DNA of 64,000 nucleotides from Octopus vulgaris. Lineage: Eukaryota. Made by a program: the position numbers and the translations under genes. Each line of letters starts with the position of its first letter. Positions within the stretch are counted from its first letter, which is position 1. Below, piece after piece: positions 37,299 through 50,939 of the stretch. The notes under the pieces are model-generated. The model ran no database searches. It was not told the DNA's origin and saw only the letters and a program-made list of their open reading frames with translations. The DNA is taken from assembly GCA_951406725.2 (NCBI GenBank), contig OX597839.1, forward strand, positions 30,008,001-30,072,000. Direction: 5' to 3'.

Positions 37299-37907
37299 TT
37301 AATTGTGAAATTTTGAAAGGACCTATGTTTATTTAGCTTAAAGTTAGTGGTAGATCCCTACAGGTAAAAACTAATAGTGTATCAGAAGAGTATCAGATGT
37401 AAACACCAATTAAATATCAAAGCATGTTGAAGAACAGTTGAGATAAATGGGCCGTGGTGGTTCAGTAAGCTATGTGACATCTATGGCCTTGGTCCATCTA
37501 CTGTTTGTGATATGTAAATGGGACAAAATAGTGAAATTTTATGCAGTGATTTGAAAAAGTAAATGACCATCAGAAAAACTATGGAAGACAGTAGGAGTAC
37601 TGATTATGATCAAGTGATAATGGAATGATTTCAATAACATTAGAATGATGGAAGGGATTACAGCAGGTTAGAACAGGATAAGTTGTTTCATAAAATTAGA
37701 ATATGAGCTTCACTTGTTAAGTTTATGTCTACAGATATTCTATAGAAACTAAAGCCGGTAGTGATTTTGTTACATTTTGTATCTGTAAACAAGATTGAAG
37801 ATGAAAAATGGATAATGGGCATGTAATGAAATATGGTGACCCTGCAGGTCACTAATAGAACATGAATGTGCTTCAAGAATAAACGTGTAGAGAAAAGCAG
37901 TCTGTAT

Positions 37908-37914
37908 ATTATAT

Positions 37915-37957
<43 letters not shown>

Positions 37958-38301
37958 TATATATATATACATATACATATATATATATACATATACACAC
38001 ACACATATATATATATACATACATATATATATATACATATACACACACACACACATATATATATACATACATATATATATACATATATACATACATATAT
38101 ATATACATATATATATACATACATATATATATACATACATATATATATACATATATATATATACACACATATATATATACATATACATACACATATATAT
38201 ATATACATACACATATATATACATATATATATACACATATATATATATATACATATATATACATATATATATATATATACATATATACACATATATACAT
38301 A

Positions 38302-38333
<32 letters not shown>

Positions 38334-38376
38334 CATATATATACATACATACATATATATACATACATACATATAT

Positions 38377-38423
<47 letters not shown>

Positions 38424-38460
38424 CATACATACATACATATATCTATATATATACATACAT
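37908..38460. repeat. Long compound (TA)/(TACA)/(CA) microsatellite, ~550 bp
   Basis: Seen directly; explains the YI/YM-rich pseudo-ORFs. Confidence 0.97.
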
Positions 38461-38792
38461 GCCGGTGGCATGTTAAGCACACCATTCGAGCGTGATCGTT
38501 ACCGCGTCACCTTACTACCACTTGTGCTGGTGGCACATGAAACATTCGAGCGAGGATGTCGCCAGTGCTGCTGGACTGGCTCCTGTGCCGGTGGCACGTA
38601 AAAACCACTATTTGGACATGGCTATTGCCAGTACCACCAAACTGGCCCTCGTGCCGGTGGCACGTAAAAGCACCTGCTACACTCTCGGAGTGGTTGGCAT
38701 TAGGAAGGGCATCCAGCTGTAGAAACTCTGCCAGATCAGATTGTAGTCTGGTCCAACCCATGCTAGCATGGAAAGTGGACATTAAATAATGA
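38461..38792 (+). mobile_element. RTE 3'UTR and tail copy
   Basis: GCCGGTGGCAC units and tail consensus ending taatgat. Confidence 0.75.
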
Positions 38793-39649
38793 TACATATA
38801 TATACATATATTTATATATTGCATACATATATATATATATATATACATTATATATTGCGTACATATATATATATACATATATACTTATATTGCATACATA
38901 TACATATATATACACACACACATATATATATGTATATATAGAGAAAGAGAGGGGGGGAGAGATTAGTACTAACAAGGACTAAATGGTTATCTCTGAGTAT
39001 AACATACCGTTTTCACTTAGGCAAGCTTTGTTTTCCTTTCAGGTTCACAAAAGAATGACATCAATAACAATTTGCTCGAGTAAAAATAATTGAAGTAAAG
39101 AAATTGTCCATATGTAACAAGAGTTTTTGGTCAATATTTGATCACAACCAGATTCATATGTAGAATTTAAACCAAACCTAAGTACAAGCTGGTCCTGTTT
39201 CAATCAACTGCTCATAAGTCAATATGGGCAACACTTGACTTATAATTGATGTTTATGTGCATTATTTACTAATATATGTACATAATACATTTTACATTAT
39301 ATTTTTAATACCATTAGTGATGTTTTATTTTATATTTTCCTTCTTTAATTTCGTAACTAGTATTTCACAGATATTATTTTATAAATAAGGAAAATATTTA
39401 AAAAAAGATTAGTTGCTTAATACATATTAAGGCAGTGCACAACACATTAAAAAAAAACTAAATCAAAAATAGTTAATTAATTTATAAATCTTTAAATTGG
39501 ACACATACTCTCACACCTATTATTTTTAGCTTGGATTTGTATTTAGAGTGTCTGATAAAATTTAATGCTTTATAATAGAAAATCTTAATCCTTTAACTTT
39601 TATCAATTTATAAATTATAGATTCAAAACTATTTTTGTCATTCTCGGAA

Positions 39650-41600
39650 GGCACGGAGTTATATATAATGGTGAAGAAGGGAGTCGACTGCGGTGTGAAG
39701 TATCCAGGGGTTTGCTCGCTGGATTAAGGTGAAGGCTGTTGGACGAGGAAGAGTTCCTGTGTTTTTGAAAAAGACGCTGGATTTCGTTTGAATCGCTTCT
39801 TTTAATTCTTGCATGTTTCACGATACTAACTTATTGCTTCCTCAATATTTTTATCGACCGTGGCCAATTATTTGACGTTCTAGTTCATGATTTCCACCAG
39901 GCCAGAACTTGCTAAATATCATTCTTTGTTTTATTACTAATTCCTCTAAAGTTTCAATAAACAACTTATTAACTTTCGTTGCTTCTATTACTCAGATATT
40001 TTTTTTTCTTTTTGAAGCACCTCAACCAGCTCTTGCTTGAAAAGTTCTTATAATCAGCTCCTTTTTTTCAAAGTCTAAAAAGCAGCTTGGCTTGAATTGG
40101 TAATAAGCTTACAAATACATTTGGTTTTCCATCCAGAGTGTCATTTTCGCCTCCAATTCGTAAATTCCTTGTCGCTTTCTCTATTACTATCATGGACGGC
40201 ATGGCGGCCGAAACTTGTAACTGCGTCCAAGATTACCTTGTTATAAAAAATAGTGGAGATCGTTGAAAGGAATAACTGTAGATCACAAGAGATTGCATTT
40301 ACTTTCCCCTTTCTTCAGTCGTAATTGTAGGTGGCCTAAGGAGAAGGTAAAGCGCCGCCTTATGTAGGGGAGTATCGTTCACATTATAAAGAATCAACTT
40401 CTAGTTGTAAACAGACACAAAAATGACAACTAGTGGTCAAAGATAACTGACAATTAGTGCTTGTTTGCAAATTGAAAATTAATGGTGGAAGAAAATAAAA
40501 AAAGAGCGAAAACTAATAAATTTACTAATAGAAAGTGAAAACGGTACGCTATGCTCAAAGATCGCCAAGCTATACGTCTCTGCACTCAATCCTTATATGA
40601 AGACACGAAGTTTTTCTTTTTTTCGCATAGAATGTCAAAAATCAGTGGGTGAGTGATCGTTCCAATAAAAATATAGGGAAAAAGAATTAGTCGACAATAA
40701 CGAATGACATAGTTATTATTTCATTTAAACACAAAATTATCGATATACTCTACACGTGCTGTTCAATTTGCCGCGTGTCCTTGTATATGCGCGTGCGCGC
40801 GATGTGTAGCGGATATTGCCATATACGAACTAGAAACTGGGAAGTAAAATCAACAATCTTTAATCAAAATGAAACTCTACGAAAATATGAAATTCTATCG
40901 TGCCATCGTTCAAATCAATGGCAATATACATACACATAATATATTTCGCTATGAAAATGGAATTTTCATTATATAACAATGATTTCTCACATTAGCACAA
41001 GGCCATAGTAGTTGTAAAATATAAAAAACACTTCAGAATGCCTGAGCTGCGTCATACAAACTTCAGTAAACACCCACAGTCAAAAAAACCAACTCCATTA
41101 CACTAAGATAATAACCAATAACGATAAGAAATTAAACACCTTTACTTACACCAGTATATCGAGTATATATATATACACACACACTGAGTATATATATACG
41201 CAGAGATTAACAAAAAATAAAATAAAACCTGGTTGAAAGAAAGTCTTTCTCTCTCTAAGGGAGTTAATGCTGGGGATTTTCCACCAGTCACCGATTTTAG
41301 ACAGCCATACTTAACGGTGTCTACCGGAAAGATGTTGTCAGTGAATAAAATACACCAGACGCGTGGCTGGACAAGAAGCGAGTAGAAGTAAACATGAATA
41401 GAACTATAAAGATTGCGAAAATAAAAACATAATAATGATGATCGTGTGTCTGAAACAACACAAAATAACGATGGTTAAAAATAAATAAAAATTTTACATT
41501 CGTATTAAAAATTGTATCAATCAAATGCATCATTCGTTTATTTATAAATTTACTGCAGTCTTTTCGTGTCACGAATGGATTGTTAAGGAGTCATCTTAAG
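39650..41600. promoter_or_regulatory. CpG-rich promoter region, probably of the GIGYF gene, with candidate non-coding first exons
   Basis: Clear CpG enrichment over a CpG-poor background and no recognisable TE. YY1-like ATGGCGGC at 40201, NRF1-like TGCGCGTGCGCG near 40788, ETS-like CCGGAA near 41324. Minus-strand donors GTAAGT (41149) and GTAAGC (40112). The acceptor at 27099 requires an upstream exon. Confidence 0.6.
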
Positions 41601-42359
41601 TTACACTTAAATATACACTAATTAAAACAGCAAGAAATGGGGGGAGGGTGAACACCAAGTTACAAATGCGACGTTATATATATATATATATGTGTGTGTG
41701 TAAAAAAAAAAAAAATATTAGGGTGAATTCAATTGTGCATCTTTTTTTAAAAAAATTATCGATATGACTACCGAAATATATCAGAAGACAAGTTCAGGTA
41801 TTTTGTCAAACACATCCAAGAAAGAAATTAAGTGTCATGCTAAACACAAATATGAATAAAATACCAAAAGAAAACATATTTTAAATATTTATTAGTGGTG
41901 AAGTTCATACTTTTCGGAAAAACAGCAGTTATTTGCAGTAAACTGACTTCAGCGAGTAATCGAAAATATTTCGTGGAATCTACTCTCCAGGTCTTTCCCA
42001 CATGTACAAAAGTCAATAACAACTGCAGTAGTAATAATCTTCCTACACAGGCATAATATCCGATACTATGAGAAGTTTAGAGAAATTGTGCTGTTCGTGA
42101 TTTTCCAAAATGCATTAGCAACATGAATGAAAAAAGAATTTAAACAAAAACTGGATCACGACTTGGTTCACTGAATTTACCACTCGTCTACAAAACTCCC
42201 AAACGCCGAATGTCATAAACTTTGGGCACATATGGAAATTTTAGTTAATAATTATTTTTTTTTTTTTATGCATATTATATTCATAGGCTTTCACAAACAC
42301 TATTACAGTATTTTAAAGCTTTAATACTCGAACACATTCACAAGTCAAATATGAAAACT

Positions 42360-43080
42360 AATCTTTCTACTATAGGCACAAGGACAGAAGTTTTGGGGGA
42401 GGGGTCTAATCTATTACATCGACCCAGTGTTCGACTGGTACTGATTTCATCAACTCCGAAATAATAAAAGACACAAGTGGACCTCGACGGAATTTGAACT
42501 CAAAACGTAAAGAACCATAAGAAATGCTTCTAAGTCTTTTGTCCGGTGTGCTAACAGTTCTGCCAGTTCGCTGCCTTTCCTAATAATTGTTTATAAAGTA
42601 GGCCATTATGAGGGAGTTCGTCCTCAGTACTGTCTTGATACTTTATTTAGTCAAACCAGGGGGCGAGGGGGAGATGCAGGGCAAAGTTTTGGCGTGGTTT
42701 CTACTCAAAATGTAAAATGCCTGAATACTGTAAGCATTATTTCCTATGCTCAACGATTCTGCCAGCACATCATTTTCAAATAATACTCCTAGTACAAACG
42801 CAAGACCTGAAATTTGAATGGGTTTAGACAACTATAAAAATTCCAACACTTGACGTATTTTATTTCAACTACTCCAGGATGGATAGAAAGCAAAGATGGC
42901 CTCGGATCTGAACTCAGAATGTAGAGAGATGTAATTGTTTCTAATATAAAACACAAGACAAGAAATTTTGGAGGGAAAGAAACAGTCAATTATAGTGACA
43001 CCATCTCATCAATAAAATATTGATGAGATGGAAGGACAAATCTGATCTTGTAGGACATGAACTCAGAATGTAGAGCTTAG
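42360..43080 (-). mobile_element. Cluster of Nin/Deu-like SINE copies
   Basis: Repeated taggcacaagg...tgaactcagaatgta motifs homologous to 1050-1262. Confidence 0.55.
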
Positions 43081-44619
43081 AGATGTGTCAATTTTGCCCA
43101 ACAGAAATACCAAAAGAATGACTAAACGAAGTATCAGTTTAGTATTGAAGTTGATCTAATGGCTGGTTTTGGGCCTACTTTATAAACAATCAAAACAGTG
43201 ACACAACTAAATAGCGCAAAGCACTTTGATCAATGCTCTAATGATTCTGCTTTTCCACCATCTAAACAAGTTATACACGAATGAAGCTTGAAGACTTCTA
43301 GAAAGGAATAGATATAGTGAAAATTAGGAAGCTTGGGTTTGAAACCAATACATAGTACATCAGGCATGTGTCTTGTAGTCTCTTGTTGACCAATGCCTAA
43401 TGGTAGAATTTGAGAGACAGAAATTGTGTGGAAGCTTGTCATTTATTTATGTTTGAATGTCAGCATTTTTTGTATTGTTTCATCTCTCAACAACAGTTAA
43501 CTGAGCCACACAAGAACTAGAGCTACATGAAATATATACCAGACAGAAATAGGTGTCTGATCAATATGATCAACTAAAACCCTTGTAAGTTGTCCCTCCC
43601 CATCACCAGAGTACAATGACTGGAAGCAGTAAATGAGAAAGTATAACCCTTATGTGATTGCAGGCATTGAATCATCATCATCATCGTTAGAATTAAAAAG
43701 CAAAAACAAAATAAAAATAGAGATTTGATTAGAAATGTATTTGGAAAATTTACCATAAACATTTTTGTCATAGAGGAGACACACAAGAAAACTGTAAACT
43801 AGATAACTCATTTTAAAGAAATTAGCTTTCTTTGGTAAATTGACAAAGTTGTCATTTTAAGAAAACAACCGATTTTTTGGCACAATTTTTTTTTATGGCA
43901 AAATTTCCTATAACCAATTAGAGCCAGAGATTGGTAGCATTGTTAGAATGCGCAAGACATTTAGATAGAGCCCTTAACATTCAGAGTTCAAATTGTGCTG
44001 AGGCTAACTCTACCTTTCAATCCTTTCAGGGTCAATAAGTGCCAGCAACAAGACTGATTTAGTATTCCTGTAAAGCATTCAAGATGTGGAGGAAGTTGTA
44101 ATAGAAAAGGATGAAATCCCACCCCTACATCATACAAGCAACTGTCTAGCCATTAGGAAACAGGTGAGAGTTGGCAACAGGAAAGGCACCCAGTCTCAGT
44201 GAATTCTGTCTGACTCTTGCAAGTATGGAAAAGTCTATTTTAAAATGATGATCATTATTTCTCACTTGTTTCCAAACATTTCCTAATGGCCAGACAGTGA
44301 TGCTTATTTACAACTCTTACAACATAATGTCAAGACAAGGAGGGGCAAACACATACATATGCAATCAGCTTCTTTTAATTACCATCGATCAAATTCACTC
44401 ACTAGGCTTTGGTCAGCTTGAGGTTAAGATAGAAGACACTTGCCCAAAGTGCTATACAGTGGAGCTGAACCCAAAACCACATGGTTGGAGAGTCAACGTC
44501 TTAACCACACAGCCACATTTTTGCATATGCACAAGAACAATAAACACAAAAAACAAAGGAAATAGATTCCCTCAAATGCCCAGGAGGATCCTTAGAGGTG
44601 GTGGATAGTTTCTATTGCC

Positions 44620-45580
44620 TAAGTCACCAAATTAGCAGTGGAGGAGGATGCTCTGAAAACATAGTCATTAGAATAAAACCTGGCTGGAGAAAGTTCAGAG
44701 CTATTCCGTCTGTTGGTAATGAAAGGATTTCCTGTCAGAATAAAAGGCAGATTGTATGATGCTTGTATACAAAGAGCAATGTTATTTGGTAGTGAAACAT
44801 GGGCTGTGAATGTAGAGAACATATGAAGGCTTAAAAGGACTGAAGCTAGCATGTTCTGCTGGATGTGCACTGTCTGTGTGCATGTACAACAAAGTGCAAA
44901 TGTGTTGAGAGAAAATTTGGGAATGAGAGGACAGCTGCATAACATAGTGCTGACTGTTAAATGTAGGTGGAACCTATGGAAGAGGGAGATCCTGCAAGAC
45001 ATGGGATGAAGTAGTGAAGAATAACCTCCAGATATTAAGGGGATGACAAAAGACCAAAGAGGATTGGAATTTTGCTCAAGAAGACGTGTCCTAAGCAAAC
45101 ATGAGGTCTTATAAATATATCACTTATGTCTAAACCCCTGCAACCAATTTGATCCTTAACCAACCTCCCTGTCACATCCCATCTTTCAAACACCCACCCT
45201 TCCATCATTCAGAATCCCCTTTCCTGAAACTTAAAGATATGCCTTGACACTTCTTTCCTTTTTAAGTGGGATAACTAACCATGTATCACTGCTACAGCAA
45301 AAGACCTGTTTCTGTCCCTCTATCATAATTTAAATTCTCATCACCTGGCATAAAGCCACCTCCCTACACCTTGTCAAGCAAATTACATGGTGACCTCACT
45401 AGTGCCTGTGCCACATAAAAAGCACTCAGTACATTGTAAAATACCTGGCATTAAGAATGGCATCCAGCCATTGAAACCATGCCAAAGCAGACACTGGAGC
45501 CTGGTGCAGTCCTGTGGCTCACCAGCTCCTGTCAAACCATCCAGCACATGCTAGCATGGAAAATGGACTCACATGATGAT
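44620..45580 (+). mobile_element. Old RTE 3' fragment
   Basis: KGRLYDACIQRAMLFGSETWA...SMFCWMC, plus tail consensus. Confidence 0.7.
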
Positions 45581-46379
45581 TATATACATATATATATAAA
45601 TACAAGCATCTAATATAATCATCTAACTCATGCAAGCATGGAAAAACATGGAAAAACAAAATCAGTAAATATGTTTATATAATTCATATACACAGCAAGC
45701 AAGAGACAGAAGGAGAAAGGGATCTGAGCAAACAAATTTCATTCTTGAAACTATAAGACAGTCAAACAGAATTACTGGTATTTCTGATTATTTATGTGAA
45801 GATCTGTATATGCATGTTCATTTTTATAAGTGTATGTGTATTGAGCATCTGTGTCTTTCATATGAATGTTTCAGTGTCAAAATCCTGCATGTATGTGTTC
45901 ATGTATCTTAGGGATGTCTTGTCACTAAGTGCTGCGTGTATGTGTGTGTGTATACATATGTGAGCCTCTTCATATGTAGGTTCTTTTCAATTTCTTTGTC
46001 ATTCAGAACTGGCAGATGCTTTCACTAACATGTTTCAAGGGACAAGTGGTCAGATTTCATGACAATCTTTTTAGGCAAAAGGACATATCGAAGAGTACAC
46101 AAATCAAAACATTTTAGAGTAAGAATACAGTGTTTAGTCTAAAAATCAAGAAATACAAAATTTAAATCTTAGTTATTAAAAACATGTTAACAGCAATGGC
46201 AAAATTAAAAATCTATTCCACTCAATTCTAAAATAACATCAGAAACTGCCACCATTAATATACTTAATCATTTCTTGGTAAATGAATCAATGGTAAATTT
46301 ATATAACACTACAATTAATTATCAGGAAGCCTGGACAGCAGCATTATCAATTTACTCACATCTTTCTGTGCTTACATAG

Positions 46380-47680
46380 TCATAGAGGTTATTCCCAGCA
46401 CAGCCATCTTGCCCCTTATTGCAATCCTGTTGTCATCTTTGTGTTTCAGCTTTTACCAATTCACCCCATGTCTTCCCTGATCATTCTCTTTCACAAGTTT
46501 TCCTACCACTTTGATCATATGGTCTTTCTTTACTCACCACACAAGTACAGTCTTCTCCATTGCATCTCTCAGTTGTACTTTGTCATTTATACAAACAAAC
46601 ATTACACATCCAGCAGAAGAGGCTCTCCTCCTCATTTCTTTCCCTCTGATGCATATCTGCATTTCAAGGCCCCTGTTTCACTGCAACATGCATGCAAGTA
46701 TCATACAAGCTTCCCTTTACTTGCACAAAGAATCCCTTCCTTCCTGAACCTTCACATAACCCATTATTTTACTGGTTACTATGCTTACAGAACACCCACT
46801 TACACTGATAATTAGGTCACACAGAAGCTATCAGCTATTTCTAGTGAGTAAACAAAGTTGAAAGTATTCCAAGAAAGCTCTTGCTGTTAACTATCCCTGT
46901 GCATCTTCCTTCTCAACCTGCCCGTCATCCCACTACACCTCTTGTATGCCTATAGTTTACATTGTGTGCCAGATAGAATTCCTACTAACTCCTTTGCTTT
47001 ATATCCAGATGACAGTATAGCGTCCAGTCTTATTTCTTGTTAATTAAAACTTTTGTCATTAAAAGGTTTACTTTGAAACTATTCAATTCTTTTCTTGTCT
47101 GAAATTTTTGCTCAAACAGATTCTACTCAGAGAACCAGGTTACCATTATAAAGGAGTTTGCATGGACAGTTGCTCTTAAACTCTTGTTATTAGGCTAGAG
47201 AATCATAATAAATAGTAGACAGCAAAGGATCAAGCCTTGATGAAAACCTACCTGCATGTTAAATTCTTTGCTGAACTCATGGCTAACAGTGACTTGCTGA
47301 CAGCAACTAAGCACATGGTTGTTCGGGTTCTTACATCCAGTAATCTGTACATTGTTTTTTATTACCAAGCACAGCATCCTGTCAAAGGTTTTCTATAAAT
47401 GCTAGGTATAGTAGTTTGCTCTTAACTACGAACTTCTGTAGTTGTTTCATTAGGAAATGGGAATTGGTTGTACACCATCCTAACACAAACCTGATTTGCA
47501 TCTCATCAAAGGCAATTCCCTTCCAAATCAACTTCAATGCAATTCTTACTTTCACTTTGTCCATCAGTTTGATGCTCTTGTGATTGCTTGTAATTGCTTC
47601 TTCCGAAAACATTTCTTCTGTCTTTGTAGCAACTGATGATGGTACTGCTATGCCAGTTATTAGGTGTGACACCTCATACT
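46380..47680 (-). mobile_element. Highly decayed RTE
   Basis: FDEMQIRFVLG...LYLAFI and VGFHQGLILCCLLF. Confidence 0.6.
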
Positions 47681-49851
47681 ACGAACGTAATCACTAAGCA
47701 TTTCCCAATATTCATTGAAGAACATTGCTTCGTGTACAATATTGTGTGTTTATCATCATCATCACTTCATGTCCATTTTCCATGTTGACATAGGTTGGAC
47801 GATTTGACAGAAGCTAGCAAGCTGGAGAGCTGCATCAGACTCCAATGTCTGTTTTGGCTTGGTTTCTATGATTGGATGCCCTTTCTAACATCAACCACTT
47901 TACAGAGAGTGCTAGACGCTTTTTTTACAGGTTTACTAATCTATTAAAAAGAAACTACCACACATGCAAAGCTGAAACCACCCATAATTATAATTTTCAC
48001 TAGTTTAGAGTAACAGACTGCTAAAGCTAAACTACTAATTAATTACAAGAATTGTCAGAAAAGAAACAAACAGTCCTTAGGAACTCAGTTTTGAATTTTT
48101 TGTCAGTCTACTTTTAGCATTTTTTAGAAGGCAGACAGATTATTTCGTTTCTAGAAGGAAATATTACCATGGAAAGAGTTGAATTCATCACAAGCAATAC
48201 ATGTAATACCAACATGATGTAAAAAGAAGGCAACTGTTGAGATAATGTTAGTCAAAGACACATCAGAACAGGGTTAACATGATTCAAAGTGTTGACGTCT
48301 GTCACCTGGAAATCAACACTTTAATACACACAATTGTTCCTACCAAAAAGCGAGTTTCTATATGCCTTTAGGCCGATTTGTTAAAAATAGCAGCCCAATA
48401 TCTTTCAAATCACATGACTATTTTCAAAAAGATGTGAGACATTGTAATGTTAAACATACAAAAAGAAGGCACAGTCACAAATGGAATACTTTTCGTCTTA
48501 GACTTGCTCAATCGCTGCTCATGTCTAAGACACTTTTCACACTCGGGACACACTGTACAATTAGTATTGCAAATGCCAAACTCCCTCCTACTGCATCCAC
48601 TAACCAATGCCTCTGATGCCAAGCTACCTTAAGCCATTCTTGTAATTAAACATTGCACATTCATTCAATGAATCGCAATTTCTTCTTCACACAACTTCCT
48701 GCATATGCAATCATAATCAAGCACTTCACATTGCAATACTATCAGGGCACTATATTATAATACTGCTTCCTGTAATCACATAGCAAGTATCTATAAGGCA
48801 ACAAGGTAACATAGCCACACAATAGTAACATAACAGGAAAAAAGAAAAAAAACAAGAGACCTATTAGAGAATGAAGTAGTAGAATGTCTATGAAGATGAG
48901 ATATCAATGAAGGTGTGGTGAGAATTCCTGTTACCAAATTATACAAATAGATGCAGGCAGAGCTGCTGCGGGATTAAGCAATTCAGTTCACAATTAAATG
49001 GTTGAGTTCGATTCCATTGCTTGGCACCTGGGTAAATGTCTTCTGCAGCAGCCTCAGATGGACAAATGTCTTCTATGAAGAATTTGATGAACAAAATCTG
49101 TGTGAAACACCCTCATATACAAATCTTTCTTTCTCTCCATCATGTATGTGTGTGAATATATATGTCGGTGCATGGCTTAGTGGTTAGGGTGTTGCACTCA
49201 CGATTGCGAGATCATGGGTTTGATTCCCAGACCAAGTGTTGCATTATGTTCTTGAGCAAAGCACTTCATTCACGTTACTCTGCAATCATTTCATCATGTG
49301 ACATGTGGAACATGGTGCACCTGTACAGGTAATGTGGATTTGATGAAGGGAGTGAGCTTATGTCTACACAAACATTTGATCACCATAAACAAATCATCTG
49401 TGTTGTTTGTCAAGAAATTGCCAAACCCTCATATGTCTAACAAGAGGAGAGTTCATTATTTCATATAAATATATATACACACACATGTAATGTACATATT
49501 GACATATGGACAAATACATGTATACAAATATGCATTTGTGTTGTCATTGCCATTTAACATCTGCTTTCCATGCTGGCATGGGTTGGATGGTTTGACTGAA
49601 AACTGGTAAGCCAGGGAGCTGTGCCTGGTTCCAATCTGATTAGGCATGGTTTCTATGGTTGGATACCCTTCCTGACGCCAACCACTCCAAGAGTGTAGTG
49701 GGTGCATTTTACATGCCACCAGCATGGGTGCCATTGACATGACACCGGCCACAACTGTGATTTCACTTGGCTTGACAGGCCTTCACAAACACAATATATC
49801 GCCAAAGGTCTCAGTCACCTGTGTGTGTGTGTGTGTATGTATGTATGTGTG

Positions 49852-49881
<30 letters not shown>

Positions 49882-49883
<2 letters not shown>

Positions 49884-50385
49884 GAGGCACAATGATCCAG
49901 TGGTTAGGGCAGCAGACTCGCAGTCGTAGGATCGCGGTTTCAATTCCCAGACTGGGCATTGTGAGTGTTTATTGAGCGAAAACACCTAAAACTCCACGAG
50001 GCTCCAGCAGGGGGTGGTGGTGAACCCTGCTGTACTCTTTCATTCTTTCTTCCTGTTTCTGTCATATCTGTATTTCAAAGGGCCAGCCTTGTCACAGTCT
50101 GTGTCACGCTTAATCTGCCCCAGAATTACGTTAAGGGTACACGTATCTGTGGAGTGCTCAGCCACTTGCACGTTAATAAATGAGCTGCGACGTCACTGGT
50201 GCCAAGCTGTATCAGCCATTGCCTTTCCCTTGGATAACATCGGTGGCGTGGAGAGGGGAGGCTGGTATGCATGGGCGACTGCTGGTCTTCCATAAACAAC
50301 CTTGCCCAGACTTGTGTCTCGGAGGGTAACTTTCTAGGTGCAATCCCATGGTCATTCATAACCAAAGGGGGTCACAACAACAACA
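49882..50385 (+). mobile_element. tRNA-derived SINE with (CAA)n tail
   Basis: Head ggaggcacaatgatccagtggttagggcagcagactcgcagtcgtaggatcgcggtttcaattccc with A/B-box-like motifs; ends acaacaacaac; lies next to (TG)n. Confidence 0.65.
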
Positions 50386-50790
50386 ATATATATATATATA
50401 CACACACACACACAAAGTAAGATAGGGATTATGGGTGTAACCCACTATGGTATAGCATTTATCCAATATACTGTTGGTAAAGTAGCCAGATTCTTAATAT
50501 ATAAATGTTTATAATTGCAATTTAATTAACTCGATGATGATGATGATGATTTATTGTATTAAACAGGTGAAGGTAAAGAAATATTTTACCGTAAATTTAT
50601 AATACAAATAAGAAAATGGTGTTCATATTATGACTTTTATAATTTGTATTCTTATCTTATATGTATTGAATTATAAGATATATATGTATGCTATTGAGGT
50701 TCGCATTTTGTTGAATGAATAAATAATCCAACATTATAATATCCGAAAGTTGATGAACAAACTAAATTTGTTTCTCCATTTTCTTATTTG

Positions 50791-50833
<43 letters not shown>

Positions 50834-50840
50834 GATAGCT

Positions 50841-50881
<41 letters not shown>

Positions 50882-50939
50882 TTAAGAAATTTGCTTCCCA
50901 ACCATGTGGTTTCCAGTAAATGAATGATGCCAATGGACT

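Noticed and set aside
37688-38495. Longest ORFs in the track (173-265 aa, Y/I/M/C-rich)
   Set aside because: They are translations of a TA/CA microsatellite that lacks stop codons.
39615-39821. Ser-rich 68-aa ORF on the minus strand
   Set aside because: GTG start with a stop just upstream, no splice support and no recognised homology; lies in the promoter island.
40201-40266. + strand mini-ORF starting MAAET, identical to the vertebrate GIGYF2 N-terminus
   Set aside because: Wrong strand relative to the gene and stops after 21 codons; the real start (MAETMKLGPEW) is at 27087. Treated as coincidence with a YY1-like motif.
49882-49960. tRNA-like sequence (also at 8141 and 49165)
   Set aside because: No complete cloverleaf, and it runs into a repeat body and tail; it is a SINE head, not a tRNA gene.
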